Positions 8,960 through 18,781 of a DNA stretch of 64,000 bases are shown piece after piece. The notes under the pieces are model-generated. The model did no database searches. It was not told where the DNA came from and saw only the letters and a list, made by a program, of their open reading frames with translations. The position numbers were made by a program, and so were the translations under genes. Each line of letters opens with the position of its first letter. Position 1 is the first letter of the stretch. Source of the DNA: Gemmatimonadales bacterium (lineage in GTDB: Bacteria; Gemmatimonadota; Gemmatimonadetes; Gemmatimonadales; GWC2-71-9); NCBI GenBank assembly GCA_036267775.1, contig DATAVM010000090.1:1172-65171 (forward strand). Direction: 5' to 3'.

Positions 8960-11107
8960 ATGCGGTCAATCGGGATGACGCCACGGCCTGGCAGGACTCG
9001 CCACACCGGACGCCTCGGGGCGCTGCTGGGCCTCGCGATCGCCCTTGGCGCGCCCGCGACGGCCGCCGCGCAATACCGTCCGCTGATCATCCGCCAGCTG
9101 AGTTTCCAAGGCAATCACGCGATCAGCAGCGATACCCTCGCTGCCTACATCTACAACACCAACTCGTCGGTCTTTGCGCGCAGTCCGCTGCTGCGCTGGA
9201 TCGGTCTTGGCCAGAAGCGCGTCTTTGACGAAACCGAGTTCCGCAAGGACAGCAATCGCATTCTGGTGTTCTACAAGCACAGCGGCTATCCCGATGTGAA
9301 GGTGACGCCCGATGTGCGGCGGACGCCGACCGATGTGTACATCACGTTTCGCATCACCGAAGGGATGCCGACGCGGCTCGATCACTTCGACATCAGCGGC
9401 ATCGATTCGGTCAAGAACAAGCCGTGGCGGCTGCACCAGGATCTGCCCATCGAAGCGGGCGACGTGGCGTCCGACTACAAACTGCATGAAGCGGTCGACA
9501 CCATCGCGATGCGGCTGCGCAACGAAGGCTATCCCACGGCGGTGGTGGACCTCGATCCAAAGATCCACGGAGATACCAGCTATCTGCGGGCGGACAGTGC
9601 GCGCATCCTGGTGACGACGGGACGCTACGCCCGCTTTGGCGCGCTCCGCGTGACGGGCCAGACCAAGATGGACACCTCGATCGTCTCCTCGCTGCTCACG
9701 GCGCGGCCCGGCAACGAGTACCGCCTGGAAGACATCTTCCGCTCGCAGCGCGCGCTCTATGCCACGGATCTCTTCCGGTATGCCTCGGTGGGGATCGACA
9801 CGTCGCGCTTTGCGGTCGGCGACACCGTGGTGCCGCTGATCGTCAACGTGACCGACAACTACGGCCACCAGGCCAAGTCCACGGTGGGCCTCGGCACCGA
9901 GGACTGCTTTCGCACCTCGGCGGGCTGGACGGCGCGCAACTTTCCGGCCGACGGTCTCACGCTCGACGTGAGCGGCCGGCTCTCCAAGATCGGCGTGGGC
10001 TCTCCCTTCGGCTTTGGCATGGAGCACAGCCTCTGCTCCGAGCTCAAGAACGATTCGGTGGGCTCGCGCGTGGCCAACTACGGTCTCGACGCGTCGCTCA
10101 GGCGCAACGCGTTTCTCTCGCCGGAGAACACCGGCGTGCTGTCGCTCTTTGCCGAACGCCGCAGCGAGTTCGAGGTGTATTTGCGGACGGAAATCGGCGC
10201 GTCATTTTCCGTGACACGGGTGACGGCGGCCAACATTCCGGTGACCGTGGCCTACCGGCTCAGCAACGGCACCACGCAGGCGACGCCGGCGCTGTTCTGC
10301 GCGTTCTTCAACACCTGCGATCCCGAGGTGATCAAGCAGTTGCAGCAGCGGCGCTTTCAGGGCACGCTTTCGGCGACGCTCGATCGGCAGCGCGTCAACA
10401 ATCCGCTCGACCCGAGCCGCGGCACGGCGCTTTCCGTTTCCGCGACCACGTCGCAGCAGTGGCTCGGCTCGTCGAGTTCGCAGCAGTTCACCCGGTTTGT
10501 GGGCGATGCCTCGGGGTATCTGCCGATCTCGCGCACGATGATGGTGGCCGCGCATGTGCGCGCGGGTATTGTCTTTGCGCCGCCGGTCGATCTCGCCACC
10601 GGTGTCGAGAACTTCATTCCGCCCGACCAGCGCTTCTACGCCGGCGGCGCGAATGACGTGCGCGGCTACGATCAGAACGAACTCGGGCCGGTCGTGTATG
10701 TGGTCCCCACGGATTCGATTTCCAGCACCGGCACCTTTCCCGCCACCGCCACCCGTGTTGCGGCAACGGGCGGTACGCGCGTGGCGATCGCGAATGTGGA
10801 GCTGCGGCTGCCGTACTTCACGGCGTTCTCCGAGCAAGTGCGCTTTGTCGTGTTCGTCGACGGCGGCCGGCTCTCCAACGCCGCGCTGCCGACGCCGTTC
10901 CGGATCACACCCGGCGTGGGGTTGCGCATCGCGTCGCCGATCGGGCCAATCCGCCTGGACCTGGGGTACAACCCCTACCGGAACCTGCAGGCCGGCACGC
11001 TCTATTCGATCAGCACTGATGGCACGCTGACCGAATTGCAGACCGGCTACGTGAAGGTCCGTCCGCACGATCTCACGTTCCACGTCTCGGTCGGGCAGGC
11101 GTTCTGA
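8960..11107 (+). CDS. tamA: Omp85-family outer-membrane protein (POTRA repeats + surface-antigen D15 barrel), TamA-like
   Basis: 715 aa. Signal peptide ending ATAAAQ. POTRA-like N-terminal repeats (IRQLSFQGNHAISSDTL...). C-terminal barrel with FYAGGANDVRGY and terminal ...HVSVGQAF. Directly followed by a TamB-like gene. An alternative start is at 8975. Confidence 0.75.
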   Translation: MRSIGMTPRPGRTRHTGRLGALLGLAIALGAPATAAAQYRPLIIRQLSFQGNHAISSDTLAAYIYNTNSSVFARSPLLRWIGLGQKRVFDETEFRKDSNRILVFYKHSGYPDVKVTPDVRRTPTDVYITFRITEGMPTRLDHFDISGIDSVKNKPWRLHQDLPIEAGDVASDYKLHEAVDTIAMRLRNEGYPTAVVDLDPKIHGDTSYLRADSARILVTTGRYARFGALRVTGQTKMDTSIVSSLLTARPGNEYRLEDIFRSQRALYATDLFRYASVGIDTSRFAVGDTVVPLIVNVTDNYGHQAKSTVGLGTEDCFRTSAGWTARNFPADGLTLDVSGRLSKIGVGSPFGFGMEHSLCSELKNDSVGSRVANYGLDASLRRNAFLSPENTGVLSLFAERRSEFEVYLRTEIGASFSVTRVTAANIPVTVAYRLSNGTTQATPALFCAFFNTCDPEVIKQLQQRRFQGTLSATLDRQRVNNPLDPSRGTALSVSATTSQQWLGSSSSQQFTRFVGDASGYLPISRTMMVAAHVRAGIVFAPPVDLATGVENFIPPDQRFYAGGANDVRGYDQNELGPVVYVVPTDSISSTGTFPATATRVAATGGTRVAIANVELRLPYFTAFSEQVRFVVFVDGGRLSNAALPTPFRITPGVGLRIASPIGPIRLDLGYNPYRNLQAGTLYSISTDGTLTELQTGYVKVRPHDLTFHVSVGQAF

Positions 11108-14100
11108 TGCGGCTGCTGCGCCGGCTATTGGCGATGCTGCTGGTGCCGGTGCTGCTGGTGCTCGCGACGGTGGTGGGAAGCGGCGCCGTGCTGCTGCAAC
11201 TGCCGCTCGGACGTCCGCTGCTGGCGCGGCTCGCGACGCGGTGGATTTCGGCCCATGTGGCCGGGAGCGTGGCGATTGCCGGCCTGCACGGCGATCTCTG
11301 GCGGCACATTGCGCTCGATGGTGTGGTGGTCCGCGACGCAGCGGGAGAACTGGTGCTGCGGGCGCCGCATCTGGAAGCGGGCTATCTGCTGCCGGGATTG
11401 CTGGCCGGGCGCCTCGTCTTTCACGATGTACGCGCCGACAGCCTCACCCTGCACCTGGTGCGCCTGCGCGCCGATCGCTGGAACTACGAGGCGGTCTTCC
11501 ACCTCGGCGAAGGGCCGGACGACGGCAAGCCGCCGCAACTGCTGTCGTTTGGGAATCTCGAGGTACGCGATGCGAACATTCGCATCGATGTGCCGACCGA
11601 CGACACCGTGTACACGCGCCCCGGGCCGCCGCGCCGGAAGCCGGCGTCACGCAATGGCCGCCTGCCGGCCCAGCCGCTGGTGCTCGCCAGCGCGGATGGG
11701 CCCGTGCGTGTCTACACGCTGAGCGACATGGATGCGCATCTCCGCCTGCTTCGCGTGTCGACGCCGCGGCGCGATCCGATTCTCGTGCAGGTGGCTTCAC
11801 TCAAGGTGGCGGTCAACGATCCGGCGATCACCATCACTCAGCTCGCGGGCACGATTCTCACCGCGTCGGACACCCTGCGCTTTCACTTCGACAGTGCCGC
11901 GATGCCGAACTCGCGCCTCAAGGGCAGTGGCGCCATGCGCTGGCCGCACGGCAACCTCCTGCTCGACTTTGGCTTCATCGGCGAATCCGTGGCACTCAGA
12001 GATCTCTGGTGGATCCAGCCGGACTTTCCCGATTGGCAGGGCTCGCTGCGGGTGACCGCGCGCTCGATCAGCGACTCGCGGACCGAGTTCAAACTCGAGA
12101 ATGTGTCGCTCGGCGACAGCATCGCTCACGCCACCGGCAATGCCACGGTGATCACCGACGACACCCGCGGCCTCGGCGTGCGTGGGCTCGATCTCGCACT
12201 CACGCGGGTGCCGATCGACATCCTGCGCCCCTATCTGGATACGTTGCCGGTGTCGGGCCGGCTCACGGGCCATCTGTTGATGGACGGCTTTCTCGATTCG
12301 CTCCACCTTGCCGGCGATCTCTCCTACGCCGACGCGCTGGTGCCGGGCGCGCCGGTGTCGCACCTGCCGATCGACGGTGTCGTGCACTTTGGCGGCGACG
12401 CCGGCGCAATCTTTGACCATTTCCAGCTCAACGCCGCCGACATTGCGCTCGGCACCGTGCATCAGCAGGTCCCGTCGGTACTGATCCCCGGCGTGCTGCA
12501 GCTCGACGGCCGGCTCAACGGCCCCTGGAAGAACGCGACCTTTGTCGGCACCGCCGAGCACGTGGCGCCGAACGGCGCGGTGTCGCGGCTGGTGGGCACG
12601 GTGCGCCTCGACACGCGTGATAGCGTGCTCGGCATGGGCATCGACGCCGATCTCGACCAACTCTCCTTCGATGCACTGCGGACCGGCTATCCCAGTATCC
12701 CGGTGCGCGGCGGTCTCACGGGGCATGTCGTCGCCAACGGCACGCTCGACAGCCTCGAGCTCAATGCGCATGTGAGCGGCGAGATCGGCACCGTCAGCGC
12801 GGTGGGCCGAGTGCGTGTCAACACGCCACATCTCGGCGCGACGGGGCTGGTTCTCGATATCGATCGCCTCGATGCCTCGGCGATTCTGGGCAGCGGCACC
12901 GAGACGGCGCTCAATGGCCGCGTGACCGTTACGGGCGTACTCGACTCGGGGACGGCTCCCAAGGGCGAGCTCGACATTGCGCTCGATCGCTCACGCTTTG
13001 GTGGCGCGACGGTCGACGAGGTCGTGGGCGTGGTGCACGCGGACCAGGGCCTGCTCACCGTCGACACGGGATCGGTGCGCTGGCCGGCGGGGCGCGTCGA
13101 CGCGCACGGCACCATTGGCTGGGCCGCACCTGAATCCGGCACACTTTCGGTCACGGCAATGGCCTCGTCGCTTGGCGCATTCGATTCACTGGTACGTGCC
13201 GCCACCGGAATCGCGCCGGACACGCTGCATCCGCATCGCCTCGACGGCAGCGCGCAGGCCAAGCTGGATGTGCGCGGGTCACGCGACCTGCTGCACGTCG
13301 CGGGCAGCGTGAACGCGCAGAACCTGGTGCTCGACAATTGGCACGCGCAGGATGTGCAGGCGCAGTTGCGCACCGACTCGATCGACGTGCTTGCCCGGAA
13401 CGTCGGAAATGGCGCACACGTCGCGGACACGCTCGCGGTGGCGGTGCAAGGCCAGCGGGATTCGCTCTTTTTCCAGAGCCGTGTTGCGATGATGGCGCTG
13501 AATGCCGCGGGCTCCGGCAGCATACTGCAGCGCGACTCGGTCACGACGGTGCGCGTCAACACGCTGTCGCTCGACTCGCGGCACCAGCGGTGGGTGCTCG
13601 CGGGTCCGACGCGTCTCACGCTCGCGGATGGCGGGGTCAGCATTGCCGATTCGCTCACCTTTCGAAGTCTGAGCGGCACCAGCATGGTGCAGGCGATCGG
13701 CCGTTTGCCGGGCGATACGCCGGGTACGCTCGACATCCACATCGCCGATCTCGATCTCTTCGATCTGGGCACGCTGTTGATGCGCGACACCAGCGCGCTC
13801 GCCGGCACGGCGACGGCCGATCTGCATCTGTCGGGCACCGCCGAGGCGCCGGTGTTCAACGGATCGGCGGAAGTGACGGGGCTGGTCACCGGCGGCGTGC
13901 ACGTACCGCTGCTCGATGCCTCATTCACCTACGGTGCGATGCGTCTCACGTCGGACGTCACGTTGACGGAAGCGACCAAGAAGCTGCTCGACCTCAACGT
14001 GTCGCTGCCGTACGATCTTGCGCTCGCGGGCCGGCAGATGCGCAAGGTGCCGGGGCCGATCACCATCACCGGCATCGCGGATTCCGTTGATCTTGGTGTG

Positions 14101-15519
14101 ATTGCCGCCGTGATTCCCGGCATTCGCAATCCGGTGGGTTCACTGCGGATGGATCTGCACGGGAGCGGCACGTGGGACGCGCCGCATCTCGACGGCAGCG
14201 TCGTGATCCGCGATGGCGGCATGCGGCTGCCTTCGCTCAACGTGGCACTGGACGACATCCAGGGCGCCGCGCGCTTTGGCGGCGACTCGATGGTGATCGA
14301 CTCGCTGCATATCGGCGGTGGCGATGGCACGTTGCTCATTCAGGGCGCTGTCCGCTTCCCGCAGCTCACGCGGCCCACGCTCGATATCAAGATGCAGGCG
14401 CGGCGTTTTCTGGCCATCGACGTTCCCAACTACCTCACGCTGCGGCCCTCCGGCGACCTCACGTTGACCGGATCGCTCTACCAGCCGGTGCTCAGGTCCA
14501 ATCGGCTCACGGTCAGCCAGAGTGTGCTCTACTTTGCCGATCTGATCACCAAGAATGTGATCGATCTTGAAGATCCGGAGAACATCGGGCTGGTCGACAC
14601 GCTCGCGCTGCGACGGCAGGGCCTCGGCAATGAGTTCGCGAGCCGGTTTCTCGATTCACTGCAGATCGACAACGTCCCGATCAATGTGGGGAGCGAGGTC
14701 TGGCTCCGTTCCGACGAAGCCAACGTGCAGCTGGAAGGCCAGATCATCGTGGCCAAGGCGCACAAGCAGTATTTGCTGAGCGGGACGCTCAACGCGCCGC
14801 GCGGCGACTACACGCTGCGGATTGGCGCGCTGCCACCGACCGACTTCACCGTGCAGAGCGGTACCGTGCGGTATTCGGGCCTGCCCGACCTCAATGCCGA
14901 TCTCGACATCAAGGCCGAGCACGATGTGCGGACCGCGGATGGTGACAACATTCCCGTGGTGGCGCAGATCAGCGGCACGATGCGGGTTCCCAAGGTGACG
15001 CTGTCGAGCCCGGGCCGGAACCTGAGTGAACGCGATCTGCTGTCCTACATGATCTTTGGCCGCTCGGAGTTCCAGGTGGCGGGATCGGGTGAGAGTCCGC
15101 TCGAGTTCGACCAGGCGGTGCAGTCGTTCCTCACCGTCGCGTCAGGCGCTCTGTCCACCGAGTTCAAGCGCTCACTGATGGGCAGCTCGACCACGCTCAA
15201 CACACTGGAAATCCGCCCAGGGACCACGCCGGGCGGGCTTGTCTCCGGCTCGGCACCCACACAACTCGCCGCGGGGCTGCAGTTTGGCCGGCGCTGGTTT
15301 GTGTCGTTCGACGCCGGATACTGCCTCGGCTCGCCAGGATCCAACTTCCAGAGCCGCAACCTGGGTGCTTCCGTCGAATACCGCATCAATCGCGACTTCC
15401 GCTTTCAGGCGGCGGCGGAGCCAGTGCAGACCTGCGTCACGAATCGTGCGGCGGATGTCTTCACGACGCTCAACCGCTACCAGCTGGGCGGCGACTTCCT
15501 CTGGTTGCGAGATTACTGA
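11107..15519 (+). CDS. tamB: Translocation and assembly module protein TamB-like (AsmA-like/DUF490 family)
   Basis: 1470 aa. N-terminal membrane anchor MRLLRRLLAMLLVPVLLVLATVV, followed by a long repetitive beta-rich body and a DUF490-like C-terminus. The ATG overlaps the tamA TGA (TGATG). Confidence 0.75.
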   Translation: MRLLRRLLAMLLVPVLLVLATVVGSGAVLLQLPLGRPLLARLATRWISAHVAGSVAIAGLHGDLWRHIALDGVVVRDAAGELVLRAPHLEAGYLLPGLLAGRLVFHDVRADSLTLHLVRLRADRWNYEAVFHLGEGPDDGKPPQLLSFGNLEVRDANIRIDVPTDDTVYTRPGPPRRKPASRNGRLPAQPLVLASADGPVRVYTLSDMDAHLRLLRVSTPRRDPILVQVASLKVAVNDPAITITQLAGTILTASDTLRFHFDSAAMPNSRLKGSGAMRWPHGNLLLDFGFIGESVALRDLWWIQPDFPDWQGSLRVTARSISDSRTEFKLENVSLGDSIAHATGNATVITDDTRGLGVRGLDLALTRVPIDILRPYLDTLPVSGRLTGHLLMDGFLDSLHLAGDLSYADALVPGAPVSHLPIDGVVHFGGDAGAIFDHFQLNAADIALGTVHQQVPSVLIPGVLQLDGRLNGPWKNATFVGTAEHVAPNGAVSRLVGTVRLDTRDSVLGMGIDADLDQLSFDALRTGYPSIPVRGGLTGHVVANGTLDSLELNAHVSGEIGTVSAVGRVRVNTPHLGATGLVLDIDRLDASAILGSGTETALNGRVTVTGVLDSGTAPKGELDIALDRSRFGGATVDEVVGVVHADQGLLTVDTGSVRWPAGRVDAHGTIGWAAPESGTLSVTAMASSLGAFDSLVRAATGIAPDTLHPHRLDGSAQAKLDVRGSRDLLHVAGSVNAQNLVLDNWHAQDVQAQLRTDSIDVLARNVGNGAHVADTLAVAVQGQRDSLFFQSRVAMMALNAAGSGSILQRDSVTTVRVNTLSLDSRHQRWVLAGPTRLTLADGGVSIADSLTFRSLSGTSMVQAIGRLPGDTPGTLDIHIADLDLFDLGTLLMRDTSALAGTATADLHLSGTAEAPVFNGSAEVTGLVTGGVHVPLLDASFTYGAMRLTSDVTLTEATKKLLDLNVSLPYDLALAGRQMRKVPGPITITGIADSVDLGVIAAVIPGIRNPVGSLRMDLHGSGTWDAPHLDGSVVIRDGGMRLPSLNVALDDIQGAARFGGDSMVIDSLHIGGGDGTLLIQGAVRFPQLTRPTLDIKMQARRFLAIDVPNYLTLRPSGDLTLTGSLYQPVLRSNRLTVSQSVLYFADLITKNVIDLEDPENIGLVDTLALRRQGLGNEFASRFLDSLQIDNVPINVGSEVWLRSDEANVQLEGQIIVAKAHKQYLLSGTLNAPRGDYTLRIGALPPTDFTVQSGTVRYSGLPDLNADLDIKAEHDVRTADGDNIPVVAQISGTMRVPKVTLSSPGRNLSERDLLSYMIFGRSEFQVAGSGESPLEFDQAVQSFLTVASGALSTEFKRSLMGSSTTLNTLEIRPGTTPGGLVSGSAPTQLAAGLQFGRRWFVSFDAGYCLGSPGSNFQSRNLGASVEYRINRDFRFQAAAEPVQTCVTNRAADVFTTLNRYQLGGDFLWLRDY

Positions 15520-16428
15520 GTGGCCCGTGCCCTGCTCATCGTGAACCCCGCCGCGGCCCGCACCGCCGACAGCGTGCTGCGCGGGATCCAGAACGTCTTC
15601 CATCGCCGCGGCTGGGAAGTGGACGTCCACGCAACCGTTGGTCCCGGCGACGCGCGGCGCATCGCGGCCGATGGTGTGGTCGCCGGCGTCGATGCGGTGA
15701 CGGTCTTTGGTGGCGACGGCACCACGATGCAGGCGGCGGCGGCGCTGGTGGGAACCGAGGTGCCGCTGGGAATCATTCCCGGCGGGACCGGCAACCAGCT
15801 GGCGGGCAACCTCCGCATTCCGTTCAACCCACTCAAGGCAGCGGCGGCGGCGTTGGACGGCATCGCGCGGCCGCTCGATCTGGGTCAGGTGGAGCGCGCC
15901 GGCGGCACCCACTACTTCGCCGTCGCGTGCGGCACCGGGATCGATGCCAGGATCATGTCCGAGACCAGCTCGGCCCTCAAGCGAAAATGGGGCACGCTGG
16001 CGTATGTCTACACCACCTTCCGCCTCCTGCCTCACGTACATTCGCCCCTCTTCCGGATTACGGTCGACGGGGTCGAGCACGACGCGAATGCGGCACTCGT
16101 GCTGGTCGCCAACTGCGGCGAACTCGTCTCGCGGATGACGCGGCTGGGCAAGGGAATCACGCCGTACGACGGCCAGCTCGACGTGGTGGTGCTCCACGCC
16201 GAATCGGTGGCTGGCGGCTTCCGGGCGGTCTGGGACATGCTTCGGGACGCCAAGGGGACGTACGGCAAGGATGTCTTTGCCGGGCATGCGCGGGGTGCGG
16301 TCATTACGGTGGCTGCGGCCGGGGCTGAAGAGCAGCCGGTCCAGCTGGACGGCGAGCTCTGGGGCGGGACCCCTTTCACGGCCAGCGTGCTCCCGGCCGC
16401 GATCCGGGTTATACATCCCCGGGGGTAG
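15520..16428 (+). CDS. Diacylglycerol-kinase-family lipid kinase (YegS/DagK-like)
   Basis: 302 aa. LLIVNPAAA..., the VFGGDGT nucleotide motif, and GIIPGGTGNQLA. The GTG start abuts the tamB TGA with zero gap. Confidence 0.85.
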   Translation: MARALLIVNPAAARTADSVLRGIQNVFHRRGWEVDVHATVGPGDARRIAADGVVAGVDAVTVFGGDGTTMQAAAALVGTEVPLGIIPGGTGNQLAGNLRIPFNPLKAAAAALDGIARPLDLGQVERAGGTHYFAVACGTGIDARIMSETSSALKRKWGTLAYVYTTFRLLPHVHSPLFRITVDGVEHDANAALVLVANCGELVSRMTRLGKGITPYDGQLDVVVLHAESVAGGFRAVWDMLRDAKGTYGKDVFAGHARGAVITVAAAGAEEQPVQLDGELWGGTPFTASVLPAAIRVIHPRG

Positions 16429-16464
16429 CGGCGACGAAACAAGCGGGACAGCTTCCGGAAGACT

Positions 16465-17814
16465 ATGGCCGACACCATTCTGCTCATCGACGACGATGTG
16501 ACCGTGCTCCGGATCATCGGGGCCTATTTCGAGCAGCACGGCTGGGACGTGCTCCGGGAGCTGACCGGCGAAGCGGGGCTCGTCACCTTTGATCGGAACC
16601 TCCCCGATGTGGTGATCGTCGACCTCAATCTCCCCGGGATGGATGGTCTGGAGGTGCTGGAGCGCCTTCGCGGCCGGGAGACGGCCGTCATCGTGCTCAC
16701 CGGTGAAGGCGACGTGCCCACCGCGGTCCGCGCGATTCAGTCTGGCGCCGAGAATTTCATCATGAAACCGGTGGATCTGGCCCATCTCCTGGCCGCTGCC
16801 GGCCGCGCGGTCGAGAAAGTCCGCCTGCGCCGCGTCAACCGCACGCTGATCGGCCAGAGCTCGGCGGGCGACGGGGTGGAATCGCTGGGGAGCTCGCCAC
16901 TCATGCGTGAGCTTGGCCGTCAGCTCACGCAGCTCGCGCTGAGTGATCGCGCCACCATTCTGCTGCAGGGCGAAGCCGGCACCGGCAAGCGCTGGATCGC
17001 CCGCCTCATTCATGACATTTCGCCCCGGTCGGCGGCGCCGTTCATCGAACTCGCCTGTGGCACCGGCGATCCGACCTGGCTCGAACTGGAGTTGCTGGGC
17101 CGCGATGGATCGGCTGGCGGCGACATTCCTGCGGACCGGCGGCAGGGCCTGCTCGAAGTGGCGGATCGCGGCACGCTCTTTCTGGACGAGGTGGCCGATC
17201 TGCCGCTGGAACTGCAGGCCAAGTTGCTCAGCGTCCTGGAGACGCGCGCACTGCGGCGCGCCGGCGGCAGCCGCGAGGTGCCGATCGACGTGCGAGTGAT
17301 TGCCACCACGGCGCGATCGCTGCCAGCCGCTGTCGACGCGGGTCGCTTTCGCGAAGATCTTTTCTCCCTGCTCAATGTGATGCCCCTCACGGTGCCGGCG
17401 GTGCGCGAGCGCGGCCGCGACGACCTGCTGGCGCTGATCCGCCGCTTCCTCAAGGAGCTCGCGAGTGCTGCGCCGGGCTCGCCCAACCGGCTCTCCGACG
17501 ACGCGCTCGACCGCATGCTGCGCCACAGCTGGCCCGGCAACGTGCGCGAACTGCGGAATGTGATCGAGCGCGCGCTGATGCTTGCCCGCGGCCATCAACA
17601 GGTCGGGGTGGAGCATCTGCCGCCGGAAGTGCGCGCCAAGTCGGGTGTGCTCGATCGCCGCCACACGCCGCTCACGCTCGACGAGCTCGAGCGGATGCAC
17701 ATCGATCGCACGCTCAAGCATCACGCCGGAAATCGCACGCGGACTGCGCAGGAGCTGGGGATTTCGCGGGCGACGCTCATTGCCAAGATCAAGAAGTACG
17801 CGATTACGAGCTGA
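16465..17814 (+). CDS. NtrC-family response regulator (REC + AAA+ sigma-54-interaction-type domain + Fis-type HTH). The GAFTGA loop is degenerate.
   Basis: 449 aa. REC domain ILLIDDD...VIVDLNLPGMDG. Walker A GEAGTGKRW, Walker B TLFLDEV, RFREDLF, WPGNVRELRN. C-terminal HTH RTRTAQELGISRATLIAKIKKY. The position of the GAFTGA loop reads GRDGSAGGDI (nt 17098-17127). Confidence 0.85.
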   Translation: MADTILLIDDDVTVLRIIGAYFEQHGWDVLRELTGEAGLVTFDRNLPDVVIVDLNLPGMDGLEVLERLRGRETAVIVLTGEGDVPTAVRAIQSGAENFIMKPVDLAHLLAAAGRAVEKVRLRRVNRTLIGQSSAGDGVESLGSSPLMRELGRQLTQLALSDRATILLQGEAGTGKRWIARLIHDISPRSAAPFIELACGTGDPTWLELELLGRDGSAGGDIPADRRQGLLEVADRGTLFLDEVADLPLELQAKLLSVLETRALRRAGGSREVPIDVRVIATTARSLPAAVDAGRFREDLFSLLNVMPLTVPAVRERGRDDLLALIRRFLKELASAAPGSPNRLSDDALDRMLRHSWPGNVRELRNVIERALMLARGHQQVGVEHLPPEVRAKSGVLDRRHTPLTLDELERMHIDRTLKHHAGNRTRTAQELGISRATLIAKIKKYAITS

Positions 17815-18002
17815 TGGCCACCGTCAATCCGCGACCGCCCCTCTCCGAACGTGACGCGATGCTGTGCCGCGCGTGCGGCCGGGAAGAGCGCGCCTCGGAA
17901 GGCTATCCCTGCGAGTCGTGCGGCACGTTTGTCTGCCTCGTCTGCACCATTCGCGGCGTGACCCGCTGCCGTGAATGCAGTGCCAAGGACTCCGGCTCGT
18001 GA
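17814..18002 (+). CDS. Small cysteine-rich protein (62 aa, four CxxC pairs; putative double zinc ribbon)
   Basis: MATVNPRPPLSERDAMLCRACGREERASEGYPCESCGTFVCLVCTIRGVTRCRECSAKDSGS. Third codon positions are mostly G/C, as in neighbouring genes. The ATG overlaps the upstream TGA (TGATG) and its own TGA overlaps the downstream GTG (GTGA). Confidence 0.5.
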   Translation: MATVNPRPPLSERDAMLCRACGREERASEGYPCESCGTFVCLVCTIRGVTRCRECSAKDSGS

Positions 18003-18781
18003 ACGGCATTCTGATCACGTCCACCGTGGCACCGCTGCTCGCGGCGCCATCGCTCGCGAGCGAGCAGGTGTCGCAGATGGTCCTCGGCGAGGGCGCCGAA
18101 ATTCTTGCGGTGCAGGGCTCGATGCTGCGCGTGCGCACGCGGCTCGACCAGTATGAAGGCTGGCTGCACGAGGGCTACACCGAGCGCGTGCCGATTGGCG
18201 AAGTGGATGAATGGCTGGCAGGCGCGGCGTGGTCGGAAGGCGCACTGCTGGAGCTTGCCTCGGGGATCGCGCTCCGGGCGCCGCATCGCGCGCGACTGAT
18301 CCTCGGTGAGGGCAGCCGCGTGCGGCTTCCCGATGGCGAGAATGCCGATCTCCTGGCCGGTACCGTGCGTGACTACGACGCCCTGATACTGGAGGCCCGC
18401 ACCGAACCACCGGCGGAATGGGCGTGGCGCGAGTTTGCGGGCACGCCCTATCTGTGGGGTGGCATCACGGGGGCCGGCATCGATTGCTCCGGGCTGGTGC
18501 AGAACACGTTCCTGGCGCGCGGCACGACGCTGCCGCGGGATGCTCACGCGCAGGCCGGCTACGGCGAGGTGGTCGAGCGCACCGACCGGCAAGCCGGCGA
18601 TCTGCTCTTCTTTCGCGGCGTCGACACGGAACGCGTCACACATGTGGCAATGCTGGCCGGGACCGAGACCATTGTGCATAGTGCTGTCGATACCGGCGGC
18701 GTGACGCGCGAGTCCTGGGATGACGGCAGCCGCGCAGCCCCGTTGCGCGAGCGTCTCGTCGCGGTGCGACGTCTCGCTTGA
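17999..18781 (+). CDS. NlpC/P60 (C40) family peptidoglycan peptidase with N-terminal SH3-like region
   Basis: Track ORF is 17975..18781. The GTG at 17999 (GTGA overlap) is preferred. Catalytic-Cys motif YLWGGITGAGIDCSGLV and His region VTHVAML. Confidence 0.85.
   Translation: MNGILITSTVAPLLAAPSLASEQVSQMVLGEGAEILAVQGSMLRVRTRLDQYEGWLHEGYTERVPIGEVDEWLAGAAWSEGALLELASGIALRAPHRARLILGEGSRVRLPDGENADLLAGTVRDYDALILEARTEPPAEWAWREFAGTPYLWGGITGAGIDCSGLVQNTFLARGTTLPRDAHAQAGYGEVVERTDRQAGDLLFFRGVDTERVTHVAMLAGTETIVHSAVDTGGVTRESWDDGSRAAPLRERLVAVRRLA

Noticed and set aside
15172-17724. 850-aa minus-strand ORF, the longest unexplained ORF in the track
   Set aside because: It is antisense to the lipid-kinase and NtrC-like genes, whose plus-strand products carry unambiguous motifs. 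The antisense product is Arg/Ala/Gly-rich low-complexity sequence with no recognisable domain. This is the typical open-frame artefact of GC-rich DNA.
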